A DNA stretch of 64,000 nucleotides, taken from the NCBI GenBank assembly GCA_018971415.1, contig JAGXAW010000002.1, forward strand, positions 9,261-73,260. Direction: 5' to 3'. The notes beneath the pieces are model-generated. The model was given only the letters and a program-made list of their open reading frames with translations, did not search any database and was not told the DNA's origin. The position numbers and the translations under genes were made by a program. This document shows positions 1 through 9,009 of the stretch, piece by piece; within the stretch, counting starts at the first letter, position 1; each line of letters opens with the position of its first letter. This stretch comes from Betaproteobacteria bacterium. Its GTDB lineage: Bacteria > Pseudomonadota > Gammaproteobacteria > Burkholderiales > Ferrovaceae.

Positions 1-15
1 GATAATTCTTTTCAT
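1..15 (-). CDS. 5' end of a gene running off the left edge (MKRII...)
   Basis: ATG at 15-13 with SD GAAGGAG at 30-24; the start looks like a signal peptide; product cannot be determined. Confidence 0.5.
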
Positions 16-122
16 GGCAATAACTCCTTCAAGTTGGAAATATGATCGAGTGTCTTGACGACACCGTCTGCGAGCGCGTGAATCTTCACGCAAGCAAACG
101 GTTCGCCGATTACTGCTTAGGT

Positions 123-380
123 TTATTTCGGTTCGGCAGGTATGTGCCGAACGTTGCCTTTGGGGTCGATCCACAATATCGTTTTGGTTTCTTTATCCGA
201 TGGCGAAGCCCGTTCTTCCTTGGGCTGTAGAGTGGTGACCATGGCATTCGTAGACTTATCCACTCGAACCATGCCGAGCTTGGGATGGAGCCAGAAGTAA
301 GTGTTGTTGGTGTCGCTTGCCCGAGCGACCGGGATAATGGCAAGGGCTGCGGCGGCAGCCGAGAAAATAATGAGTTTCAT
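123..380 (-). CDS. Small secreted protein, unknown function
   Basis: Sec-type signal peptide (MKLIIFSAAAAALAIIPVARA); two W-x-x-P-K-(L)-G motifs; lies in the metal cluster. Confidence 0.75.
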   Translation of the reverse strand: MKLIIFSAAAAALAIIPVARASDTNNTYFWLHPKLGMVRVDKSTNAMVTTLQPKEERASPSDKETKTILWIDPKGNVRHIPAEPK

Positions 381-466
381 GATGTTCCCCTCAGAAAAAC
401 TCGAACTCAGGCGCGCACTACTGCATCACAGCAGGCGCGAACAAATTGGGTCTGACGTGAGAACGG

Positions 467-880
467 CTAGTTCAGCAGCCGAAGGAAGCGTAGATAGGGA
501 GGAGGACCACTGGCAGCAAGGACGAGTGTGGGCGTTACAATACTGGCAACATTCGCCGCTGTGAACGATGGCACACTGGTGGGAAGTACCGCCGGTGCAA
601 AAAGCGGCAAGTCAAACGTGTACTTCAGGGTATCCGAACTTTGTTCGCAGTGCATCATGCATGACTGCTTGTCTGGCGAGCCGTGACCTGCGCAAGGATC
701 GCCGGCAGACTTCATTTGCATAGCCTGTTCCGCCGGTTGCTGAATCGGTAAATAGCCCGAAACCAGGCAACCGCCTACCGCCACCCTGACCTGGATGAAC
801 AGGAGTGCAAACAAAACGAACCATGTCACCTTTTGTTTCGACGACGGGCTCAAGTTAAGGAAGACCGAAAGATAACTCAT
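467..880 (-). CDS. CopL/CzcI/DUF2946-like Cys/His metal-binding protein
   Basis: N-terminal hydrophobic segment, C..H..CxxHC cluster, Pro-rich end GPPPYLRFLRLLN typical of this group; true start may be GTG near 829. Confidence 0.65.
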   Translation of the reverse strand: MSYLSVFLNLSPSSKQKVTWFVLFALLFIQVRVAVGGCLVSGYLPIQQPAEQAMQMKSAGDPCAGHGSPDKQSCMMHCEQSSDTLKYTFDLPLFAPAVLPTSVPSFTAANVASIVTPTLVLAASGPPPYLRFLRLLN

Positions 881-936
881 ATATCACACTATAACATTAT
901 TTAAACTATATGGTTATTTGCTTAAACCTGACTTTC

Positions 937-1005
937 CTACCCAAATTCCTCATACTCAATCACACTATTAATATAACGCTTCTTCAGAATATCGAGTATC
1001 GTTTT
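937..1005 (-). pseudogene. Decayed SHOCT-domain gene fragment
   Basis: KTILDILKKRYINSVIEYEEFG aligns without gaps to KSPLEIVQERYARGEIDRDEYE of the intact gene at 1360; in-frame stops on both sides. Confidence 0.5.
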
Positions 1006-1359
1006 TCAGAGGCAGTTTCGATTTGGTCGCCAGCATTACCGCTGTATAGTTTCGTTGATGGAGAATTTATTTAACATGCAATGTTGCTTGTGACCAGGCT
1101 CGCGGGTATGTTTGGGATATTCAATCAATATACATAAAAATATTATCGCTGTCGCCATCGCTGCAAATGTTCTTCCAGATCGCCACCAGCCATATTAAGA
1201 GAATGCCATGTGCAGTTTTTCTTATTGGTTTCTTGATCTGTAGCACAACTATGGCGAGAACGATTCAAACAATTCGCGCAATGACAAAACGATATGTGTC
1301 CGATTCGTTAAGAATTCTGATTTAAGCCATGCGACATAGACGACATAGGGGAGGTAAGC

Positions 1360-1599
1360 ATGATGAATAATTGGAACGGTTTCTGGGGCTGGGGGATGGG
1401 CGTTGGTTTTATATTCATGCTGCTTTTCTGGGGATTTATCATTCTTGGAATCGCGGCGCTGATCCGATGGTTAATGACGCAGTCTTCAGGCCGTGAGGCG
1501 CATGAAAAGTCACCCTTGGAGATCGTGCAGGAACGCTATGCGCGCGGTGAGATCGATAGGGATGAGTATGAGCAGAAAAAGCGTGACCTTGCACCGTAG
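1360..1599 (+). CDS. SHOCT-domain small membrane protein
   Basis: GWGMG leader, one TM helix, C-terminal LEIVQERYARGEIDRDEYEQKK; strong SD GGGGAGG. Confidence 0.9.
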   Translation: MMNNWNGFWGWGMGVGFIFMLLFWGFIILGIAALIRWLMTQSSGREAHEKSPLEIVQERYARGEIDRDEYEQKKRDLAP

Positions 1600-1791
1600 G
1601 CATTGAAAACGCCTATCTGTTCCAATTGCAACACAAGTATCCGCTTTAACCAAAGATAGCCGTGCCCTTAACAACATTTGAGGCAGAGGGTGTCAGCACA
1701 AGTTTAAGCACTAATAATCTGGCTTCATGGAAGAAACGTCATTTATTTCGATTGTCCTTAATTGACAAGTGCAACCAATTAAGATCAAACT

Positions 1792-2175
1792 GTGCCCATG
1801 TTTTGCTTGAGAAGAAAATTCATTGCTGTATTGATGCTGCTGTGGCTGCCAGTCTTTACTGGTAACGCACTGGCGGCTTCGGTGTCCATGCAGCTGCATC
1901 CAGGCTCCTGCGAGGAAACAGCGGCATCACAGGCGATGCACGACAGGGGAGAACATCATCAGCATCACGGCGAGAAGCACGCTGCGAATGATGAATCAAA
2001 TCCTTCCTGCAATACTTGCAGCGTCTGTCATCTGGCGTGCACTGGCTATTTGGTCGTACCAAAAATAGAAATGGTCACTGTGCAAGCGACCGTACGCGAA
2101 ATCACCCCGTATCTGGTTGTTCCCTATTACATCACTTCCGCTCCTCTCGTTCCCCCACCTCTCGCCAGCGCCTAA
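1792..2175 (+). CDS. CopL/DUF2946-like metal-binding protein
   Basis: Signal-like N-terminus, His-rich linker, CxxCxxCHxxC motif, C-terminal PLVPPPL. Confidence 0.75.
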   Translation: MPMFCLRRKFIAVLMLLWLPVFTGNALAASVSMQLHPGSCEETAASQAMHDRGEHHQHHGEKHAANDESNPSCNTCSVCHLACTGYLVVPKIEMVTVQATVREITPYLVVPYYITSAPLVPPPLASA

Positions 2176-2403
2176 CGCAGGACGAGTACGTCTACTGATT
2201 TCATAGTCTGATTCTCGTCCGGCATTCCTGGCGGCCGCTATTGGCTGTCCGCCTGAATTGAATTGCAATTTTAGTATGACCAACATGAGAGCCCGATAAC
2301 TACGGCGATTGTATTACTCCCGCTCTGCCAGGAGTATGAACGGCTTACGAGTAAACGTTACCTATGAATATTTTCATGCACGAAACGAGGAAGATAAAAA
2401 ATT

Positions 2404-2613
2404 ATGCGGCAACATCAAAAAGGCGAAGTAATGTTGGCTGTGATGATTGTGATGATGGCAGTTGTCTGGATAGTCAGCGGACGGATGAGAGGAATGGGAG
2501 AAATGATGATCCGTGACGATCACTCTGAAAAACCGCCCACAACTCAGCAGCAGACCGAAACACAGGTACCGCCTGCGCATAAAGAGCCTACTGATGATCA
2601 GACCGGGCGATAA
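2404..2613 (+). CDS. Small single-TM Met-rich protein
   Basis: SD GAGGA upstream; hydrophobic Met-rich helix after a QKG motif. Confidence 0.65.
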   Translation: MRQHQKGEVMLAVMIVMMAVVWIVSGRMRGMGEMMIRDDHSEKPPTTQQQTETQVPPAHKEPTDDQTGR

Positions 2614-2630
2614 CCGGTCAGGAGAAAAAC

Positions 2631-3146
2631 ATGATTGAAGTGATTCCCAATTGGCATCCGGTTTTTGTGCATTTTCCGATTGCCTTTGCAACGGCGTCCG
2701 TTTTATTTTTTGTTGCCGCAAAATTTTTCAAGGGAAAAACTTTAGCTGCACAGTACTTTCTTGCAGGTCGTTGGTTGTTGTGGGGGGCGGCAATTTTTGC
2801 CTTTATAGCAGCGATATTTGGCTGGCTGGCGTTCAACAGTGTCAAGCATGACGAGACAGGACATCTAGCCATGACATTGCATCGAAATTGGGCGTTGAGC
2901 GCTCTTGTCGCATTGACACTGCTCGCGGCTTTGGACACTTGGTCGCGTCGATCAGCCAGGATACCGACTTGGGGATTCCTGATCTTGCTGATTGGCGCGT
3001 GGTTATTGGTAGCCAGTGCCGCCTGGCATGGCGGCGAACTGGTATATCGCCACGGACTGGGAGTAATGGCTTTACCCGATGTCCACGAAGAAGAAAATGA
3101 TGCAGACCATGATTCAGCCGGACATGAGCATACTCATACACATTAA
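2631..3146 (+). CDS. DUF2231-family membrane protein with His-rich tail
   Basis: HPVFVHFPIA motif, four TM segments, GGELVYRHG, C-terminal HEHTHTH; SD AGGAG. Confidence 0.85.
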   Translation: MIEVIPNWHPVFVHFPIAFATASVLFFVAAKFFKGKTLAAQYFLAGRWLLWGAAIFAFIAAIFGWLAFNSVKHDETGHLAMTLHRNWALSALVALTLLAALDTWSRRSARIPTWGFLILLIGAWLLVASAAWHGGELVYRHGLGVMALPDVHEEENDADHDSAGHEHTHTH

Positions 3147-3241
3147 AAATCTTGATTTAATAAAGGAGGTGTTTCACAAATAAAATTGCAACTAGATACT
3201 GAAGTTCCTTTTTTCATTAACTAAATTATTAGGAGAAAAAC

Positions 3242-3499
3242 ATGAACACGAAATCAATTTTACTTGCTGCAACCTTGGCCGCCTTCGCTGCTACCACTGT
3301 TTATGCCGCAGATGATGCAATGATGAAGAAAGAAGATGCCCCGAAAACGGAGAAGGTCGAAGCAAAAGCTCCTGTAAAGAAGCATAGTCATAAGGCAGAA
3401 AAAGGTACACCTGAAGCGCAATCCAAGGCAGGCAAGAGCCATCGTGAAACGATGGATAAAGACATGCCTATGCATGATCATACGCAGGACAGGCACTAA
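3242..3499 (+). CDS. Small secreted His/Met-rich protein (candidate periplasmic metal binder)
   Basis: Signal peptide ending VYA; HSHKAEKG and MDKDMPMHDHTQDRH motifs; SD AGGAG. Confidence 0.8.
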   Translation: MNTKSILLAATLAAFAATTVYAADDAMMKKEDAPKTEKVEAKAPVKKHSHKAEKGTPEAQSKAGKSHRETMDKDMPMHDHTQDRH

Positions 3500-3507
3500 G
3501 TAATGCT

Positions 3508-3544
3508 CCAGCGGGTGGCAGCACATATCCCTGTCACCCGCTGG
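3508..3544 (+). other. 14-bp GC-rich stem-loop between the small secreted-protein gene and copA
   Basis: CCAGCGGGTGGCAG / CTGTCACCCGCTGG (one G-T pair), 9-nt loop, no U-tract. Confidence 0.7.
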
Positions 3545-3613
3545 TCACGTTCATTAAATATTGAAGTTATATTTTGCAGGAAATGAAATTTAACTGAGTG
3601 CTGAATTCAATAG

Positions 3614-6025
3614 GTGAATGGCATGACAAACAATACTACTGATCCGGTTTGCAAGATGCAGGTCACCATAGGTGACGATACCCTGCATACCGATCATGCA
3701 GGCAAAAGGCATTACTTCTGTTCACAGTACTGTCAGGATAAATTCAATGCAAACCCTGCCGCCTACCTCACATCGCAGATTACAGTTCAGCAACAAAACG
3801 GTGTGATCTACACCTGTCCGATGCACCCGGAAATACGTCAGCCTACACCGGGCAATTGTCCCAAGTGCGGAATGACTCTGGAACCGGTAGAACCCACTGC
3901 AGTCAAGGCAACATCCACCGAGTACACCTGTCCCATGCATCCTGAAGTGGTGCGCAATGAGCCAGGCAACTGCCCCAGGTGTGGCATGACACTGGAACCG
4001 CGCAACGCCACGGCGGAAGACAATACCGAACTGAACGACATGACGCGCCGCCTCAAGGTCAGCACAGTATTAGCCACGCCCGTGTTCATCATGGCGATGG
4101 TTTCGGAACTCGCACCACAATTCATACCGGGCTTTATTTCGATGACCGCGTTGCAATGGCTGGAATTTTCTCTGGCAAGCCCCGTCGTGCTGTGGGGCGG
4201 ATGGCCGATCTTTCAGCGCGGCTGGACATCAGTCGTCAACCGCAGCCTCAATATGTTCAGCCTGATTGCGTTGGGTGTCGGTGTGGCATGGACATATAGT
4301 GTGGTGGCTATGCTATTGCCTGGGATCTTTCCGCCCGTGATGCGCAGTATGGGTGGAACCGTGCCGGTATATTTCGAGGCTGCTGCGGTGATCATGGCGC
4401 TGGTACTGCTCGGACAAGTGATGGAATTACGTGCACGCAGCCAGACTAGCGCTGCGATCAAACTGCTGCTGGGCCTGGCACCCAAATTTGCACGTATCGT
4501 GCGCAGCAATGGCAACGAAGAAGACATCCCGTTGGAACAAGTACAGCCAGGCGACGTACTGCGCGTACGTCCGGGCGAGAAGGTGCCGGTGGACGGTGTC
4601 GTGCTGGACGGCTTGAGTTCGTTGGACGAGTCCATGATTACCGGTGAGTCCATCCCGGTAGAGAAGACGACAGGTATGCGGCTTATCGGTGCCACCGTGA
4701 ACGGCACCGGTAGCCTACTAATGCGCGCCGAACGTGTCGGCGCTGACACCTTGTTGGCACAGATTGTACACATGGTGAGCGAGGCACAGCGAAGCCGTGC
4801 CCCGATCCAGCGCTTGGCCGATGTGACTGCCGGTTATTTCGTTCCGGCGGTGATACTGGCTTCGCTCGCCACACTGGCAGTATGGGGCATCTGGGGACCC
4901 GAACCGCGCCTGGCACACGCCATCGTCAATGCGGTGGCCGTGCTGATCATCGCCTGTCCATGTGCTTTAGGCTTGGCTACGCCGATGTCCATCATGGTCG
5001 GTACCGGACGCGGCGCGCAGGCCGGTGTGCTGATCAAGAATGCCGAAGCACTGGAAACCATGGAGAAAGTGAACACGCTGGTAGTGGACAAGACCGGCAC
5101 GCTGACTGAGGGAAAACCTAAACTAACCTCGGTCATCCCACTCTCTGAATATAGTGAAGGAGAAGTGCTGAAGCTGAGTGCCAGCCTGGAGCGTGCCAGC
5201 GAGCACCCGTTGGCCGCGGCCATCGTGAATGGCGCGCAGGAAAAAGGACTCGCCCTCGTAGCAGTGAACGATTTCCGTTCGATCACTGGCAAAGGTGTGA
5301 CTGGAATTGTCGAGGGTCGTGCAGTCGCGTTGGGCAACCTCAAATTACTTGAAGAATTGGGTATCGACGCGGGCGACTTGCCTTCATTTGCAAAAACACT
5401 GCGCAGCGACGGCCAGACCGTGATGCTGCTGGCCATCGACGGCAAGGCTGCAGGTCTGATTGGCGTGGCCGATCCGGTCAAGGCATCCACGGCGGAAGCA
5501 ATTCGTGCACTGCATGAGGAAGGCGTGCAGGTCATCATGCTGACTGGCGACAACCGCCTCACGGCAGAGGCGGTGGCGAAGAAACTGGGCATCGACCGGA
5601 TCGAAGCGGAAGTGCTGCCGGAACAGAAATCTGCCATCGTCAAACAACTGCAAGCGGAGGGCCGCATTGTGGCGATGGCGGGCGATGGTATCAACGACGC
5701 GCCGGCATTGGCACAGGCACAGGTCGGCATCGCGATGGGAACCGGTACTGACGTGGCGATGGAGAGTGCGGGCATCACGCTGATCAAAGGAGACCTGCGC
5801 GGCATCGTACGCGCGTTACGCTTGAGCCGCGCCACCATGCGCAACATCCGCCAGAACCTGTTCTTCGCCTTTATCTACAACGTGCTCGGCATCCCGGTCG
5901 CGGCGGGAGTGCTTTACCCGTTCTTCGGGTTGCTGCTTTCGCCCATTATCGCGGCAGCGGCAATGAGTTTCAGCTCGGTATCCGTGATTACAAATGCGCT
6001 TAGGCTAAATCGAGTAAAGATGTAA
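3614..6025 (+). CDS. copA: Cu(I)-translocating P1B-type ATPase with YHS and two YTCPMHP metal-binding domains
   Basis: DPVCKM..YFCSQYC (YHS), 2x YTCPMHP..CPx[32 protein letters not shown] and MSFSS. Confidence 0.95.
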   Translation: MNGMTNNTTDPVCKMQVTIGDDTLHTDHAGKRHYFCSQYCQDKFNANPAAYLTSQITVQQQNGVIYTCPMHPEIRQPTPGNCPKCGMTLEPVEPTAVKATSTEYTCPMHPEVVRNEPGNCPRCGMTLEPRNATAEDNTELNDMTRRLKVSTVLATPVFIMAMVSELAPQFIPGFISMTALQWLEFSLASPVVLWGGWPIFQRGWTSVVNRSLNMFSLIALGVGVAWTYSVVAMLLPGIFPPVMRSMGGTVPVYFEAAAVIMALVLLGQVMELRARSQTSAAIKLLLGLAPKFARIVRSNGNEEDIPLEQVQPGDVLRVRPGEKVPVDGVVLDGLSSLDESMITGESIPVEKTTGMRLIGATVNGTGSLLMRAERVGADTLLAQIVHMVSEAQRSRAPIQRLADVTAGYFVPAVILASLATLAVWGIWGPEPRLAHAIVNAVAVLIIACPCALGLATPMSIMVGTGRGAQAGVLIKNAEALETMEKVNTLVVDKTGTLTEGKPKLTSVIPLSEYSEGEVLKLSASLERASEHPLAAAIVNGAQEKGLALVAVNDFRSITGKGVTGIVEGRAVALGNLKLLEELGIDAGDLPSFAKTLRSDGQTVMLLAIDGKAAGLIGVADPVKASTAEAIRALHEEGVQVIMLTGDNRLTAEAVAKKLGIDRIEAEVLPEQKSAIVKQLQAEGRIVAMAGDGINDAPALAQAQVGIAMGTGTDVAMESAGITLIKGDLRGIVRALRLSRATMRNIRQNLFFAFIYNVLGIPVAAGVLYPFFGLLLSPIIAAAAMSFSSVSVITNALRLNRVKM

Positions 6026-6070
6026 GTGAATTTTTTTCAATGATGTAAACCTTTTTTGTAAAAGGAGAAC

Positions 6071-6322
6071 ATGATGGAACATGAGGAACATACCGGGCTA
6101 GACACACATCCTGCCCCACGCGGTTACAACTGGATTTTCATTGCATTCCTGGCAATTGCGGTTTTTTACCTGTTTACCGAGCACCGTGCCCATCTGCTTG
6201 GCGCATTGCCGTTCCTGTTGCTGTTAGCCTGTCCCTTGATGCATGTGTTCATGCACCATGGACACGGAGAACATGGCGCCCACGGCAGCCATGCTGAAGA
6301 TAATTCAAGGAGCGAAAAATGA
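6071..6322 (+). CDS. DUF2933-family small membrane protein
   Basis: EHRAHLLGALPFLLLLACPLMHVFMHHGHG signature. Confidence 0.85.
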   Translation: MMEHEEHTGLDTHPAPRGYNWIFIAFLAIAVFYLFTEHRAHLLGALPFLLLLACPLMHVFMHHGHGEHGAHGSHAEDNSRSEK

Positions 6323-6975
6323 ACTCTACTGAGAACGGATATGGTCTGTGGTCGCTGGTGATCATCAACTCGGCATTCTTTATATTTTTTGCCTTCAGTT
6401 TTTTCAAGCCGCAGTCGCAGGGCGACTGGCGCACACTCGGTCTGTACTCGGCCTTCATCGTAGCGCTGTTTACAGAAATGTACGGCTTTCCGCTGACCAT
6501 ATACCTGCTCTCTGGCTGGTTGCAGAGCCATTACCCGGATGTGAACTGGTCGTCGCATGATGCCGGCCATCTGCTGGAAATGATGTTCGGCTGGCGGTCC
6601 AATCCTCATTTCGGCCCATTTCACATACTGAGTATGGTTTTCATTGGGGGGGGTTTCTGGCTGCTGGCATCCTCCTGGCCAGTGCTCTATCGAGCGGTGC
6701 AACGCAACGAACTTGCAATCGCCGGACCCTATGCGCGCATCCGTCATCCCCAATATGTCGCTTTCGTGCTGGTGATGTTCGGTTTCCTGCTGCAATGGGT
6801 GACGATCATCACGCTGTTGATGTTCCCGATCCTGGTTTGGGTCTATGTGCGCCTGGCATACGCCGAGGAACGTGATTCCGAGGCCCGCTTTGGCACAAAG
6901 TGGCTAGAGTATGCAGCTCACACCCCAAGATTCGTTCCACGACGCACCCATTCGGGTGAGAAGGGGGTAATCTGA
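6319..6975 (+). CDS. Isoprenylcysteine carboxyl methyltransferase (ICMT/PEMT) family membrane protein
   Basis: GPYARIRHPQY, EER..ARFG..W..Y....PRF; ATGA overlap with the upstream gene. Confidence 0.9.
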   Translation: MNSTENGYGLWSLVIINSAFFIFFAFSFFKPQSQGDWRTLGLYSAFIVALFTEMYGFPLTIYLLSGWLQSHYPDVNWSSHDAGHLLEMMFGWRSNPHFGPFHILSMVFIGGGFWLLASSWPVLYRAVQRNELAIAGPYARIRHPQYVAFVLVMFGFLLQWVTIITLLMFPILVWVYVRLAYAEERDSEARFGTKWLEYAAHTPRFVPRRTHSGEKGVI

Positions 6976-6976
6976 A

Positions 6977-7675
6977 ATGCTTCCAGCAGGAGACAAATAC
7001 GTCTGGCTGGTTTGGGCGCTTGCTTTTCTCATTCCTTGGGGAGTGTTGTATGCGATCTTTCCTGAACCGCGCCGCGTCATGCTGCTAAGCAGTGTGCTGA
7101 CATCGCTGTTTGGTCTAACTGAACCGATTTTCGTGCCTGCATATTGGAATCCACCCAGCCTGTTCGATTTGGCCCAACGCACTGGCTTTGACCTTGAGAG
7201 CCTGATATTTTGCTTCGGCATCGGCGGTGTTGGCGCGGTGTTGTATAACGCACTGACCGCAAAACGCCTGATGCCGATGAACATGCATGATCGTAGCAAT
7301 CGGCGCCATCGCTTTCACCGACTTGCATTAGTCTCGCCATTTATTGTGTTCGTTGCGCTGTACTTCTTGCCCTGGAACCCGATTTACCCCGGAATAGCCG
7401 CAATGCTTGTCGGTGGAGTGTCTTGTGCGTTGTGCCGCCCCGACTTGGTCAAAAATACTCTAATCGGCGGGGCATTATTCACCGCTTTCTATCTGTTCTT
7501 CTTGGCTCTCCTGGAAACAATGGATCCCGGCTATATTGCGCGTGTATGGAATCTGCCAGCACTCAGTGGCGTGATGCTCGGTACTTTTCCAATCGAAGAG
7601 TTACTGTTTGGCTTTGGCATCGGGACTTATTGGAGCGGGGTATATGAACATATTACCTGGCACCGCAGCACTTGA
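6977..7675 (+). CDS. Lycopene-cyclase-domain-like membrane protein
   Basis: Multi-TM with two repeats ending in LES/PIEE..F.F-type motifs; no crt genes nearby. Confidence 0.65.
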   Translation: MLPAGDKYVWLVWALAFLIPWGVLYAIFPEPRRVMLLSSVLTSLFGLTEPIFVPAYWNPPSLFDLAQRTGFDLESLIFCFGIGGVGAVLYNALTAKRLMPMNMHDRSNRRHRFHRLALVSPFIVFVALYFLPWNPIYPGIAAMLVGGVSCALCRPDLVKNTLIGGALFTAFYLFFLALLETMDPGYIARVWNLPALSGVMLGTFPIEELLFGFGIGTYWSGVYEHITWHRST

Positions 7676-7728
7676 TTGAAAAATCAGAGTCTATTGTGGC
7701 GTATTGATTTCGTTATAGGAGATTCAGC

Positions 7729-8211
7729 ATGTATAAGTTAGTCAAAGATCCGGTTTGTCACATGGTAGTTCCTGAGACATCGTTTCCTACAGAGTATGAA
7801 GGTATTCGTTATGCGTTTTGTTCTGCTCAGTGTAAGGAACGATTTTTGGCAAACCCGCATTTGTACACTGGGTTGCCCGGTCAGAAGGCGCCAGCACAGC
7901 AGGGAAAACAGATTATTAAACGACGCAGTCTGGTGCTGTCAGTGCCACTTGATGCAAAGCAGGTGGAACTTGTAAAGAAAGCTTTGCTTGAGATGATGGG
8001 AGTAATTGAAATTTGCATAGAGGGCGACAAGATAGATATCCTGTATGACTTGATGCAAGTTACGGCCGAGCAAATAGCAGACAAACTGGCATTGATTGGA
8101 ACTGAACTCGGGGGCCGCTGGATGGACCGCCTCAAACGAGCATTTATAAATTATGAAGAAGAATGCGAAATTGGAAGCCTTGAGGTCGCAAATAGGAAAC
8201 GTTGTCACTAG
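7729..8211 (+). CDS. YHS-domain protein with HMA-like C-terminal half
   Basis: DPVCHM..YAFCSAQCKERF motif; SD AGGAG. Confidence 0.85.
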   Translation: MYKLVKDPVCHMVVPETSFPTEYEGIRYAFCSAQCKERFLANPHLYTGLPGQKAPAQQGKQIIKRRSLVLSVPLDAKQVELVKKALLEMMGVIEICIEGDKIDILYDLMQVTAEQIADKLALIGTELGGRWMDRLKRAFINYEEECEIGSLEVANRKRCH

Positions 8212-8324
8212 TACATTCGGGGACATGACCTTTAACATTGAGTTAATTTCCTGTATGTTTTTTTGACTTAATTATTCAGAATTCGCAATTCAAGCCGAAC
8301 CAATTGATTAGCTAGGCACCCAGC

Positions 8325-8606
8325 ATGAACCGCGCAAACCTTATTCGGCAGCTCACAGATCAATTTCATCTACTTACAGCAAAGGATATCGAGTTGTCCG
8401 TTCGCGCCATCCTGGACGAGATGGCGTGCTGTTTGGCCAAAGGTGGGAGGATAGAGATACGCGGATTCGGGAGTTTTGGCCTTAACTATCGTCCACCACG
8501 CAAAGGGCGCAACCCGAAATCTGGTGCATCTGTCATGATTCCAGCCAAGTATGCACCGCACTTTAGGGCTGGCAAGGAGTTGCGCGAACGGGTCGACATC
8601 AGTTGA
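8325..8606 (+). CDS. ihfB: Integration host factor beta subunit paralogue
   Basis: RIEIRGFGSF..NYRPPR.GRNPKSG..PHFRAGKELRERVD. Confidence 0.9.
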   Translation: MNRANLIRQLTDQFHLLTAKDIELSVRAILDEMACCLAKGGRIEIRGFGSFGLNYRPPRKGRNPKSGASVMIPAKYAPHFRAGKELRERVDIS

Positions 8607-9009
8607 TCAATAGGTGTAAAAAATAAATTAACTTCTTTGGTTTATTCCCGTGCTTATAGATGTTGAAACCTTCATCGGCTTAGGTTAATTTGATATATGG
8701 TGGGCAAGCGCGAAAAAAAATATTGTCGACAGTATTCAAGATGGGTAAAACAGACGCATGCCCATGTATTTATGCGGCACATCAGCAATAACAAACTATT
8801 AAAGCAGTAGAAACATGGTTGGGCGATCTCAAAGTAAAATCCCAAATAGATTTACAAATCTCACACCGCTGATTTAATTCATCACCGCTAGTTTAGTAAT
8901 GATGCGGATTTTGGCTTTCCCATTGTGGCATTTATTGGAAATTCGTTGGAAAAAAACAGCGCCTTCACAACTATTTTCAACTGTAATACACGTTCAAGGA
9001 GTTCTTCTC

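Noticed and set aside
8899-9009. Longer start for the 9483-ending ORF
   Set aside because: The SD AGGAG supports ATG 9010; the extension looks non-coding.
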